NCBI GenBank assembly: GCA_020724585.1
Contig: DYGS01000001.1
Location: 2,893 to 66,892, forward strand
Direction: 5' to 3'
DNA length: 64,000 bases
Source: Candidatus Microgenomatus sp.
GTDB taxonomy: Bacteria; Patescibacteriota; Microgenomatia; UBA8517
The notes beneath the pieces were generated by a model. The model searched no databases. It was not told the origin of the DNA and worked only from the letters and a program-made list of their open reading frames with translations. The position numbers and the translations under genes are program-made. Below, piece after piece: positions 46,799 through 55,860 of the stretch. Within the stretch, counting starts at the first letter, position 1; each line of letters opens with the position of its first letter.

Positions 46799-47365
46799 TT
46801 GCTTACGAAAATCGCGAATATGAAAATTGCGAAAAAAATATTAATTAGTCTGGTTTTAGTTTTTACAGTTCTACTTAAATTTTCAACTACTCCAGCATAT
46901 GCAATCTGTAGACAGTGGGTTCCATCCCAATGTGCGGCTGTTAGATGCAATGTTGGTGGAACTTGGCATTGCTGTGACACCACATCTGAATGTACTGCAC
47001 TCAACGGTTCGCCTATGCAAAATAACCCTGGAGGTAGCGTATATAATCCCAATCCATCTAATTCCAATCCAACATGCAATGGAGGTAGTGGTATTGACAC
47101 GGCAATAGGTTGCATTCCTGTTGAAGATACTAATTCCTTTATGGGCTGGATATTGGGTTGGGCAATTGGAGTTGGTGGCGGAATTGCTTTTTTACTAATT
47201 GTTTATGCCAGTTTTATGATAATGACTTCTCAAGGAGATCCTACAAGACTAAAGGCGGGACAAGAACTATTAACATCTGCAATTTCAGGCCTTATAATGC
47301 TTATCTTTTCAGTCTTTATACTTAAATTTATAGGAATTGATATACTTAAATTAGATAATTTATAA
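46799..47365 (+). CDS. pilin-like two-TM hairpin protein with N-terminal Cys-rich extracellular domain (array member 1 of 8)
   Basis: Signal/TM, Cys-rich 80-aa domain, then a TM-loop-TM module with MTSQGDPTRLKAGQELLTSAISGLIMLIF shared with the seven downstream paralogs. Confidence 0.6.
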   Translation: MLTKIANMKIAKKILISLVLVFTVLLKFSTTPAYAICRQWVPSQCAAVRCNVGGTWHCCDTTSECTALNGSPMQNNPGGSVYNPNPSNSNPTCNGGSGIDTAIGCIPVEDTNSFMGWILGWAIGVGGGIAFLLIVYASFMIMTSQGDPTRLKAGQELLTSAISGLIMLIFSVFILKFIGIDILKLDNL

Positions 47366-47367
47366 AT

Positions 47368-47691
47368 ATGTTTAATTCTGATAATTTAAATCAAATTCAA
47401 AACATCGGCCTTCCCACATTCACTTTTAGAGAGGGAGGGCGAACCACTGGAATTTCAAGAATTTTTCCAGTTATCCTCCCCTACATATTTGCCGCTGCGG
47501 GTATTATTTTAGTTTTTAACCTAATTTCTGCAGGTTTTAGGCTAATGACATCTTCAGGCGACCCTAAGGCAACCGGCGCCGCGCAAGCCAAAATTACAAC
47601 ATCATTAATTGGAATTTTAGTTATTTTTGTATCTTTTTGGGTAGTTAAACTTATTTTGCAGTTTTTTGGAATAAATATACAATTAATATGA
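47368..47691 (+). CDS. pilin-like two-TM hairpin protein (TrbC/VirB2-like), array member 2
   Basis: TM1 - MTSSGDPKATGAAQAKITTSLIG - TM2 architecture. Stop overlaps the next start. Confidence 0.6.
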   Translation: MFNSDNLNQIQNIGLPTFTFREGGRTTGISRIFPVILPYIFAAAGIILVFNLISAGFRLMTSSGDPKATGAAQAKITTSLIGILVIFVSFWVVKLILQFFGINIQLI

Positions 47692-47999
47692 ATAAACTTG
47701 CAGTTGATATCGGACAGCAATTTGTGGGAAACAATCCAAATTTAACTGATCCCAACAATATAAATAAAATTACAAAATCATTAATAGGTGGGTCACTCTC
47801 GCTGGCGGGAGTGTTGCTGCTTTTTATTTTGATCTTAGGCGGGATTGGAATGATTAGGGGTGCGGGAAATAACGACCCTAAAATGGTTGAGCAAGGCAAA
47901 AAAGCAGCAACTTCAGCTCTAATCGGTTTTATAGTTGTATTTACATCCTTTTGGATAGTAAAATTGATTGAACAAATTACGGGCTTAGTGTTACTTTAA
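47688..47999 (+). CDS. pilin-like two-TM hairpin protein, array member 3
   Basis: RGAGNNDPKMVEQGKKAATSALIGFIVVF loop/TM2 motif. Confidence 0.6.
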   Translation: MNKLAVDIGQQFVGNNPNLTDPNNINKITKSLIGGSLSLAGVLLLFILILGGIGMIRGAGNNDPKMVEQGKKAATSALIGFIVVFTSFWIVKLIEQITGLVLL

Positions 48000-48004
48000 A
48001 AAAT

Positions 48005-48376
48005 ATGGAAAATTTATCGGTACGGCAACTCCTTGCACAAACAAACCCATTTGGGACTGTAGATTTGCCCGCGGGCTTACAAGCCTATGGAAAAGAGCCT
48101 GGACCTGCTATAGGAAAATTGATACAGTTCTCTCTTCGAGCACTAGTTGTTGGTGCAGGTCTGTATGCCCTATTTAATCTGGTTTTGGCCGGTTATTCTT
48201 TTATGAGTGCAGGAGATGACAGTAAAAAAGTGGCCGCCGCCTGGGCACAAATATGGCAAACAATGTTAGGCCTGGCCGTTGCAGCAGGAAGTTTTGTCCT
48301 GGCAGCAATCTTTGGCCAAATCTTATTTGACGATCCTATGTTTTTACTATCACCAAAAATAGAAACACCAAATTAA
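48005..48376 (+). CDS. pilin-like two-TM hairpin protein, array member 4 (divergent)
   Basis: MSAGDDSKKVAAAWAQIWQTMLGLAV loop motif. Confidence 0.55.
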   Translation: MENLSVRQLLAQTNPFGTVDLPAGLQAYGKEPGPAIGKLIQFSLRALVVGAGLYALFNLVLAGYSFMSAGDDSKKVAAAWAQIWQTMLGLAVAAGSFVLAAIFGQILFDDPMFLLSPKIETPN

Positions 48377-48377
48377 C

Positions 48378-48746
48378 ATGAATAAAATTGCAGCAACATT
48401 AGATTTTTCAAACGGAGGATTAAAGGGTTTTGGAGCATTGGGATTAGAACAAAACCAAGCTAGTGAGTCGGTTTTTCAAGTTTTTATTTCTTCAGCCATT
48501 GGTATTATTAGTTTTGTTGCAATAGTTTGGTTTGTTTTCATAATCGTCACAAGTGGAATTTCATACATGAACGCTGGAGCTGATGCTAAAGCAGCCGAAG
48601 CAGCCAGAAAACGTATTACCAATGGTTTGATTGGTTTACTAATAACAATCTTTGGAATATTCATAATTAATTTGACAGGACAAATATTCGGCATCAAAAA
48701 TGTCTTAAATGTACCTGAAATGATTAAAAATTTAATTATTAAATAA
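48378..48746 (+). CDS. pilin-like two-TM hairpin protein, array member 5
   Basis: MNAGADAKAAEAARKRITNGLIGLLITIF. Confidence 0.6.
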   Translation: MNKIAATLDFSNGGLKGFGALGLEQNQASESVFQVFISSAIGIISFVAIVWFVFIIVTSGISYMNAGADAKAAEAARKRITNGLIGLLITIFGIFIINLTGQIFGIKNVLNVPEMIKNLIIK

Positions 48747-49123
48747 TGACGAACAACTTACTAGCTGGTGGTGGTGTTCCAAATACCATAACCAATCCAA
48801 TTTTTAAGGGAAGTATTTTTGACGCCATGATTTCAACAGAAGATGGTGGATATATTTTTTTTGGTACAGTTATTCCCAATCTAGTTGGTCTAATTTTTGT
48901 TGCAGGCGTGGTTGTTTTTATCTTTACATTTTTAATTGGAGCGTTTTCCTATATAATTTCCGGGGGGGACAAAACCAAGGTTGAAGGGGCAAAAGGTAGA
49001 ATTACTAGCGCACTTATAGGTATTGTTTTGCTATTATCTTCGTTTTTAATAATACAGTTGGTTGAAACATTTTTCAAAATAGATATTTTAACTATTGACA
49101 TAGGTCCATTGGTTATTCAATAA
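48746..49123 (+). CDS. pilin-like two-TM hairpin protein, array member 6
   Basis: ISGGDKTKVEGAKGRITSALIGIVLLL. Confidence 0.6.
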   Translation: MTNNLLAGGGVPNTITNPIFKGSIFDAMISTEDGGYIFFGTVIPNLVGLIFVAGVVVFIFTFLIGAFSYIISGGDKTKVEGAKGRITSALIGIVLLLSSFLIIQLVETFFKIDILTIDIGPLVIQ

Positions 49124-49135
49124 TACTTATTAGAT

Positions 49136-49486
49136 ATGAAGGATTTAGCAACAACAGCTTATTTATTAGCAGAGGAAAAAATCAATCTTCAGCCTGGCAA
49201 GGGAATTGCAGGTGAATTACAAGGTTTAAAACTTGACAACTTAGTTGGTGGTTTTCTAAATCTTATTTTGGTATTAGCCGCGTTGGTTTTCTTCTTTATT
49301 TTGGTTATAGGTGGAGTTAAATATATAGCTTCTGGTGGTGACAAAACCCATACTGAGGCTGCTCGAAGTCAAATTACAGCTGCTTTAATAGGTTTAGTTA
49401 TAGTTTTTGCAGCTTGGGCAATAGCTTCACTTATTGGAACATTCTTTGGAATAAACATATTCCAACTTGAAATACCAACAGTTTAA
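49136..49486 (+). CDS. pilin-like two-TM hairpin protein, array member 7
   Basis: ASGGDKTHTEAARSQITAALIGLVIVF. Confidence 0.6.
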   Translation: MKDLATTAYLLAEEKINLQPGKGIAGELQGLKLDNLVGGFLNLILVLAALVFFFILVIGGVKYIASGGDKTHTEAARSQITAALIGLVIVFAAWAIASLIGTFFGINIFQLEIPTV

Positions 49487-49534
49487 CTAATTCTTCACTT
49501 GTTCAAATATCTAGTTTAAGTTACACTAATTGTT

Positions 49535-49819
49535 ATGCAGCCACCAACATTAGACAAATTAGAAGGTGTTTTTACAAATTTAGTTTCAACACTTGTTGCA
49601 ATTGGTGCTTTTGGGCTTTTAATTATGCTTCTTTTGGGTGGTTTTAAATATTTGACATCCGGGGGCGATCAAAAAGCCGCCGAGGGAGCAAAAAATACTC
49701 TATCATATGCAATTGGAGGATTTTTGCTTCTCGCGGGTTCTTACTTAATTCTAAAAATCATTGAGAAAATTACAGGTGTGACTGATATTACACAATTTAA
49801 AATTTTTAAAGCTAATTAA
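49535..49819 (+). CDS. pilin-like two-TM hairpin protein, array member 8
   Basis: TSGGDQKAAEGAKNTLSYAIGGFLLLA. Confidence 0.6.
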   Translation: MQPPTLDKLEGVFTNLVSTLVAIGAFGLLIMLLLGGFKYLTSGGDQKAAEGAKNTLSYAIGGFLLLAGSYLILKIIEKITGVTDITQFKIFKAN

Positions 49820-49829
49820 TAAATGTCTA

Positions 49830-52313
49830 ATGAAAAACCTGTCTAAATTATCCTACTTCCTTTTATTTTTTCTATTTTTTGCCTTACTTATTGCCCATTA
49901 TTTGTTGAACACAACTATTGCTAAAGCTCAAGTTCCTGGTTTGAAATTTCCCTGCGATCAAACTGATGAGAATGAATTTAACACACTAAGACCCTACCAA
50001 GCCTCTCCATGTTCGGATGGCCCAAAAGCACTTTTCTGCAGTAATAAATTAGTAATTTTTGAAAATTTTCAACTAAAGGAAGAATGTAGAAGCCAGAAAA
50101 CTGGTTGTCCTAACTGTGACTGGACCTGTAACCTAAATTACCAGGTTGAGCCGCACAATTTAAATATCACACTTGACGAATCCGAATTACCAATCATGGG
50201 AAATACCCAAGATGATTTTGACAATGCCACAAAACTTAACGAATATGCCAGCTGGTATTTATCAGGCATTGATAGCACCGGTTCAACGGGCGAAACAACA
50301 GATGATCGAGTTGTCAATTTTTCAGGTCCAATTAACAAACTTTTGCCCCAAATGATACAAGATGCCGAAAGAAAAAGAACAATAGCTAGGGCCACAAATG
50401 AAAGGGAATATACAACCGATGACGATCAAGGTAAGTCAAGCCAAGTTACTTCTGTTGAAATGCATAACCAAATAGTTGCTTGCGGCGATGTATTCAAACT
50501 TTTTGGAATTTGGGATATCGGCCAGATTAAGCCTACTGATTGCTATAACGGCAATGAAAAAATAAGATTAAAGGACTGGATTGACGGAGATTTGTCTGAT
50601 TTTAATAAACTCATAAACAGGCTGGGCGGAGATGTCTGGAACAAGAGATATCCCCCTCTACCTTGGGCAGATGAAAATAATAAACCTTTTGAAAGCCAGA
50701 CAGCTTACCAAAAAGCATATCGAGAATGGAGAGGAGCATCTTGCATTACTATTCCAGGTATTGATAAAAATCTCTGTTTAGATAACCCTTTTGTACCAAA
50801 CAAGTGGGCTAAACTTTATCCCTATATACCTCTTTCATCTACAACCGATGTTGAAGGAAAAAATTATCTTTTAACAGGAGATGGACCGAATTATGTTCCG
50901 TCTCAAGGTACAGGGATTGAGAATGCACAGCATAAAAGTTATAAAAACGCCCCTCTCTATTTACCCCATTTACAGGAAGTCTATGACCTATCACAAATTT
51001 TGAATAAAACTTTTAGGCCGCAAGAATATGAAAGTGAGCCCTTACCCAAAACAACAGAGAAACTCAAAAAAGGTATTTCCACTAAAAGCGAAGATCTTTT
51101 GGGGCGTAATTCTGACCCAAAGCCAAATGACCAATTTGCATCCAGAGATCCCTACTCAACACTAGATTGCTCAGCAGTAAATGTTAGGGTAAATGAAGGG
51201 GATGATATTTTCCCGGGTGATAGACCAAGCGAACAAGAATTGTATGTTGAAGGAGTTGAGTACACAATCACTCAAGTTGAGTGCCATGAAGAAAATAGAA
51301 TAGAGTGTTTGCCAATTGGACCAGACCCAATACCCTGTACACGAAGAACAATAAATATACTAAATTGCCCCGCCCAAGTTGGAATAGAGTTTAAACTGGG
51401 GACAAAAACTCCACTTGCTGATGAAATTTTTTCTCAAACAGTTGCAGATTCAGGCAGTACCTTTAGAAAAATATTTCCAAAAGTAGAAGAGGGTGCCCCA
51501 GTTGAATGTATTGCAGATATTCCAACAACAACAAATGTAACATATAGCATTGATAACCCATTACACCAAGTTCCTGCAGGCGGTGAACAAGAATTCAAAC
51601 AAACATCATATCCAGCTGATGGAGCAAACAGTGGAACACAACTTACATTCCCCCACATAGGTTCTGTCTATGAATACTTTTTAAAAGGAATTCAAACCGC
51701 CTTAAGGCCAAAAGGTTTTGGCGAACCAATAGCAAATGGAAATTGTAAACCAACTGAGGAGGAAGAAGAATCAACATGTAAGGAAGATGTCCCAGACTCG
51801 GCAGTAAACAATAAATATTTGGGTCAATTCAAAACTAATTTTATTGATTTAGCAAACAGATGGAGTCAAAAGTGTCCTGGCGGAGAAAACAATATGGCTG
51901 AAAAATGCTACAATTTTGTAGCAAGTGAGGCCCAAAAGGCGGGTGTTAATCCAGCTTTTGTTTTAACAATCTGGCTCAACGAATCGGGCGCAAGTAACTA
52001 TTGTGAAGGAGGTACAACCACTCAAGACTTTGGTATGAACCTTCCATCAATTTATCAAAACATTTCCGAGCAACTTAAAAAGTTCTTAGATTTTGCTAAA
52101 GTAAAGTGGTGTGATGGACAGTCGGGTTTTGTTGAGCCCATGCATGGGTGGCTTAGTAGATTTCAAAGTTCTGCGGGAGTATGTAATCCAAACGATCCAG
52201 TTGCAACACAATACTACCATGATGTTATGAATACCACATGGAGCTGGGTTACTGGATGCACTACTGGAGGTAAATTTGGAATTCAGTGGCCCACAGATGG
52301 AAACTGTCCGTAA
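49830..52313 (+). CDS. large secreted Cys-rich protein with possible C-terminal lysozyme-like (GH73/glucosaminidase-like) domain
   Basis: Signal/TM anchor, many paired Cys throughout. C-terminal AFVLTIWLNESGAS...DFGMN resembles the E-S-G ... F-G motif of GH73 muramidase/FlgJ-like domains (tentative). Confidence 0.45.
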   Translation: MKNLSKLSYFLLFFLFFALLIAHYLLNTTIAKAQVPGLKFPCDQTDENEFNTLRPYQASPCSDGPKALFCSNKLVIFENFQLKEECRSQKTGCPNCDWTCNLNYQVEPHNLNITLDESELPIMGNTQDDFDNATKLNEYASWYLSGIDSTGSTGETTDDRVVNFSGPINKLLPQMIQDAERKRTIARATNEREYTTDDDQGKSSQVTSVEMHNQIVACGDVFKLFGIWDIGQIKPTDCYNGNEKIRLKDWIDGDLSDFNKLINRLGGDVWNKRYPPLPWADENNKPFESQTAYQKAYREWRGASCITIPGIDKNLCLDNPFVPNKWAKLYPYIPLSSTTDVEGKNYLLTGDGPNYVPSQGTGIENAQHKSYKNAPLYLPHLQEVYDLSQILNKTFRPQEYESEPLPKTTEKLKKGISTKSEDLLGRNSDPKPNDQFASRDPYSTLDCSAVNVRVNEGDDIFPGDRPSEQELYVEGVEYTITQVECHEENRIECLPIGPDPIPCTRRTINILNCPAQVGIEFKLGTKTPLADEIFSQTVADSGSTFRKIFPKVEEGAPVECIADIPTTTNVTYSIDNPLHQVPAGGEQEFKQTSYPADGANSGTQLTFPHIGSVYEYFLKGIQTALRPKGFGEPIANGNCKPTEEEEESTCKEDVPDSAVNNKYLGQFKTNFIDLANRWSQKCPGGENNMAEKCYNFVASEAQKAGVNPAFVLTIWLNESGASNYCEGGTTTQDFGMNLPSIYQNISEQLKKFLDFAKVKWCDGQSGFVEPMHGWLSRFQSSAGVCNPNDPVATQYYHDVMNTTWSWVTGCTTGGKFGIQWPTDGNCP

Positions 52314-52321
52314 AATATAAA

Positions 52322-53155
52322 TTAGATAGTTATATAATACTTCCCCCCACTTTCAGTAATTAAGCCTTTTATACCCATAATTGAAAGTGTTGTTCCTGTT
52401 TCCTCAATCCTCATTCCTGTTTTTCTTGCAATTTCGTCAATTTCCAATGGCTCAAGTTGTAGAATTTTATAAATTCGTTCTTCCTGTTTTGGCAGTTCTG
52501 GTCTATTTTTAATTTGTAATTTGTCATTTATAATTTGGCATTCCGCGATATCCTTCGCGGCCGTTGCCATCTTTGCATCTCCACTTTTAATTAATTCGTT
52601 ACACCCTACAGATACTCTTGAATTAATAGGCCCGGGAATTGCCCAAACTTTTTTACCTGCCTTTTTAGCTAGTTTGGCAGTTACCAAACTTCCACTGTTT
52701 TCACTTGCCTCAATAACCAAAACTCCAAGTGAAGCAAGATTTACAACTACTTTATTTCTTTGAGGATATTTCCACATACTAGGTTTAGCATTATCCTCAT
52801 ATTCAGAAACAATTGATCCACCTGATTTTATAATCTCATCATATAACTTTTTGTTTTCGGGTGGATAAATATGGTTTAGACCGCAACCAAACACTGCAAT
52901 GTGTTTTCCCCCATATTCCAATGTTTTTAATGCGACTTCTGTATCCACACCATACATAAAACCAGAAATTGTAGTTATGCTATTTGCAACTAAATCACAA
53001 ACAAATTTATCTACAACATCCCTTCCATATCTTGTCATCTGTCTACTTCCAACAATTGCAATTGAATTGGCAATTAAATTATTTGGATCCTCCCCACGAT
53101 AATTTAACTTCTTTTTTGTCTTCCCTGTTTTAATCTCTGTTGTTTTTGTTTCCAT
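52322..53155 (-). CDS. dprA: DNA-processing protein DprA (Smf)
   Basis: IAIVGSRQMTRYG...GFMYGVDTEVALKTLEYGGKHIAVFGCGL Rossmann-like DprA core. Confidence 0.85.
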   Translation of the reverse strand: METKTTEIKTGKTKKKLNYRGEDPNNLIANSIAIVGSRQMTRYGRDVVDKFVCDLVANSITTISGFMYGVDTEVALKTLEYGGKHIAVFGCGLNHIYPPENKKLYDEIIKSGGSIVSEYEDNAKPSMWKYPQRNKVVVNLASLGVLVIEASENSGSLVTAKLAKKAGKKVWAIPGPINSRVSVGCNELIKSGDAKMATAAKDIAECQIINDKLQIKNRPELPKQEERIYKILQLEPLEIDEIARKTGMRIEETGTTLSIMGIKGLITESGGKYYITI

Positions 53156-53168
53156 AATATCAACTAAT

Positions 53169-53237
53169 TGTCATTGCGAACGCAGTGAAGCAATCTATTG
53201 TTGTGGATTGCCATGTCGCAAGCTCCTCGCAATGACA
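53169..53237. repeat. 11-bp inverted repeat (tgtcattgcga ... tcgcaatgaca) with 47-nt spacer between dprA and yraN
   Basis: Perfect reverse-complement arms at 53169-53179 and 53227-53237. Confidence 0.6.
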
Positions 53238-53242
53238 CAGAT

Positions 53243-53647
53243 TCAAAAACTTATATTCTCGTAATGAGTTATTCTGCCCGTCTCCTCTACTATACAAATT
53301 GCATCTATTTGATACCTGTCATAAGTTTTGGCGATATCAGGGTTATTTAATAAATACATTTCCGCAGTTCTTTGAACCTGCATCAACTTATTTTTTCCTA
53401 TCATTTCTTCAGGCGTTCCATAATCTTCTGTTTGTTTAAATTTAACTTCCACAAAAACCAAAATCGCCTGCCCTGAGGGCATTCGGCTGAGCTCAGTCGT
53501 AGCCCCTGCCCAACGTGTAGCAATAATATCTAATTCACCAAATTTGGTTGAATTATTTTGGTCAATTATCTGATAGCCATGGTCAATTAGCCATTTAACT
53601 GCTAATTCTTCGCCTTGATTTCCTTTTAACCTATTAAATTGCTTCAT
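53243..53647 (-). CDS. yraN: YraN-family (UPF0102) endonuclease
   Basis: GEELAVKWLIDHGYQIIDQN...GELDIIA motif. Confidence 0.75.
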   Translation of the reverse strand: MKQFNRLKGNQGEELAVKWLIDHGYQIIDQNNSTKFGELDIIATRWAGATTELSRMPSGQAILVFVEVKFKQTEDYGTPEEMIGKNKLMQVQRTAEMYLLNNPDIAKTYDRYQIDAICIVEETGRITHYENISF

Positions 53648-53739
53648 GTTGACAAATTGTGTATAATGCAGTTAAGGTAAGCCGAGAGTTAAGCGGAACC
53701 CACGCGTAAAAGCGGGTGGTGATGTCGACAACTTTCGGT

Positions 53740-54201
53740 TTATTTTTTTAAATTCCAATACTTTATAATGTCTTCGTATTTTAAAACTAGCGCTTTACTC
53801 TTGTCTTTTCTTCTGTGAATACTCCACGCCAATTTATGTGACGGAGAATGTTTTCCAACTCTGACAAAAAATATTTGTGGTTTATTAATAATCTTTGAAA
53901 TTGCAAATAATTTGTATATTGTTTCTTTTATAAATTTATCTCTATTTGAATATTCCTCGTCAATTTCTAATTTAGTTATGTTTTTACTGAATTTAATTAT
54001 CAATATGAAGATCATTGTTGCGAACACTGTTTGAATTAAATCCGACCGTGCAACAATTGTTTTTCTTAAGAACTTTACTAATTTTATTTTTTCTGAAACA
54101 GATATATAAACTGCGCCGCAAAAATGGTTGGCGAGAGAAATAACGGTGTGGGTGTTTAAGTGTTCTAATTTTCCACTTTGATCAACTTCAGCTTTCATCA
54201 T
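53740..54201 (-). CDS. hypothetical protein
   Basis: 153-aa ORF translationally coupled (ATGA) to comM. Confidence 0.35.
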   Translation of the reverse strand: MMKAEVDQSGKLEHLNTHTVISLANHFCGAVYISVSEKIKLVKFLRKTIVARSDLIQTVFATMIFILIIKFSKNITKLEIDEEYSNRDKFIKETIYKLFAISKIINKPQIFFVRVGKHSPSHKLAWSIHRRKDKSKALVLKYEDIIKYWNLKK

Positions 54202-55757
54202 TATTCATTTCTAACACGATATTGCAACGCTTCAGCAACATGATTTGGAAGAATCCGATTGGTTCGGCTTCGCTCACCACCCTCAGCTACGCTGAGGTCT
54301 GCAATTGTTTGGGAAACTTTTATCAGTCTAAAATAAGTTCTGGCTGATAGATTATATGTATTTACAGCTTGTTTAAGTAAAACTAAAGCTTCCGGAGCAA
54401 TATCAACAAATTCCTTAATGTGTTTATTTTTCATGTTGGCATTGGTATAAAATGACAAGCCTTTAAATCTTTTATTCTGAATTTCTCTAGCCTTAACCAC
54501 TTCTTCTCTTATTTGTTTTGAGTTTTTAGCTATTCGCTTTTCGCTATTCGCTATCAGCTTATTAACATCGACAGCTGGTACATTCAAATGCAAGTCAATT
54601 CTATCCATTAAAGGTCCAGAAAGTCTTGATTGATAATTCATAACCATTCTTGGTGTACATATGCATTCTCTTTTGGGATCACCCAAGTAGCCACAAGGGC
54701 AAGGGTTAGCGGCCGCAATTAACATAAAACTTGCAGGAAAATTAACACTTCCTGCAATTCTGGTTATTGAAACCTTTCTATCTTCCAAAGGTTGTCTTAA
54801 GGCTTCCAAGGTTCCTCTTGAAAACTCAGGAAACTCATCCAAAAACAAAACTCCATTATGGGCAAGCGATATTTCCCCCGGATGTGGGTTTGTTCCTCCT
54901 CCAATTAAGCCTATTAAACTGGTTGTGTGGTGTGCAGTTCTAAATGGACGATTTCGAATTAACCCCTCTCCTGCAGGAATAAGCCCTGAAACAGAATAAA
55001 TTTTAGTAACTTCTAATGCTTCATCTTCGTTTAAAGGTGGCAATATACCTGCCGTGGCCCGAGCCAGCATTGTTTTACCTGCCCCAGGAGTTCCAACTAA
55101 AAATATATTGTGTCCTCCCGCAGCTGCGATTGTCATTGCTCTTTTTGCCGACTCTTGGCCAATAATTTCTGCAAAGTCAAACTCGACAGAACAGTACTCA
55201 GTACTTAGTACAGAGTACTTAGAACTTTTGATTTTCTCAATTTTCTTCAATCCATTTAAATGTGCAATTAATTCTGAGAGTGATTTAACAGGATAAACAT
55301 CAATTCCAGATAAAACTGATGCTTCATTGGCAGATTCACTTGGGACAAAAACACTTTTAATCCCCTTTTGTTTTGCAGCCAGTCCTAAAAGAAAAACTCC
55401 TTTGGTATGTCTTAGTCCTCCATCAAGTGAAAGTTCACCATAGAAAAAACTTTTTTCGATCGGTAACTTAACAAGTTCCATTGAAGCCAAAATTCCAATT
55501 GCGATAGGAAGATCATACAAAGATCCCTCTTTGGGAATATCAGCAGGAGCAAGATTAACTACAATTTTCTGATTTGGAAAATCAATGTCTGAATTTAAAA
55601 TTGCAGTTTTTACTCTTTCTTTTGCTTCTTCTATAGATTTATTGGGAAGTCCAATTATTGAAAATCCGGGGAATCCTTTTTTGAAAACATTAACTTCAAC
55701 CTCAATTAAATTTGGAGTTAATCCAAAATGCGACGCCGAAAGTATCTTCGTGAGCAT
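54201..55757 (-). CDS. comM: YifB/ComM-family Mg-chelatase-like AAA+ ATPase (competence protein ComM)
   Basis: N-terminal Lon-like domain, Walker A GTPGAGKTMLA, and the C-terminal ChlI-like region. Confidence 0.85.
   Translation of the reverse strand: MLTKILSASHFGLTPNLIEVEVNVFKKGFPGFSIIGLPNKSIEEAKERVKTAILNSDIDFPNQKIVVNLAPADIPKEGSLYDLPIAIGILASMELVKLPIEKSFFYGELSLDGGLRHTKGVFLLGLAAKQKGIKSVFVPSESANEASVLSGIDVYPVKSLSELIAHLNGLKKIEKIKSSKYSVLSTEYCSVEFDFAEIIGQESAKRAMTIAAAGGHNIFLVGTPGAGKTMLARATAGILPPLNEDEALEVTKIYSVSGLIPAGEGLIRNRPFRTAHHTTSLIGLIGGGTNPHPGEISLAHNGVLFLDEFPEFSRGTLEALRQPLEDRKVSITRIAGSVNFPASFMLIAAANPCPCGYLGDPKRECICTPRMVMNYQSRLSGPLMDRIDLHLNVPAVDVNKLIANSEKRIAKNSKQIREEVVKAREIQNKRFKGLSFYTNANMKNKHIKEFVDIAPEALVLLKQAVNTYNLSARTYFRLIKVSQTIADLSVAEGGERSRTNRILPNHVAEALQYRVRNE
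55191..55225 (+). repeat. GTAC-rich short repeat inside comM coding sequence (encodes ...SKYSVLSTEYCS... on the minus strand)
   Basis: acagtactcagtacttagtacagagtacttagaac shares k-mers (agtacagagtac, gtacttagtac) with intergenic copies at 62075, 63346 and 63875. Confidence 0.6.
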
Positions 55758-55818
55758 TATAAAAAAGTATGATACAAAATATTACAAATTACAACCATTT
55801 GACAATAATATATAGTTT

Positions 55819-55855
55819 ACAGTATACTGTTCCTAGTGTACTAGGAACTAGGAAC
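55819..55855 (+). promoter_or_regulatory. tandem palindromic operator-like sites upstream of the HTH-PRTase gene
   Basis: Perfect 12-bp palindrome acagtatactgt (55819-55830), then a 9-bp inverted repeat gttcctagt-gt-actaggaac (55829-55848) and an extra taggaac half-site. They lie 6-40 nt upstream of the ATG at 55861. Confidence 0.5.
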
Positions 55856-55860
55856 TTTTT

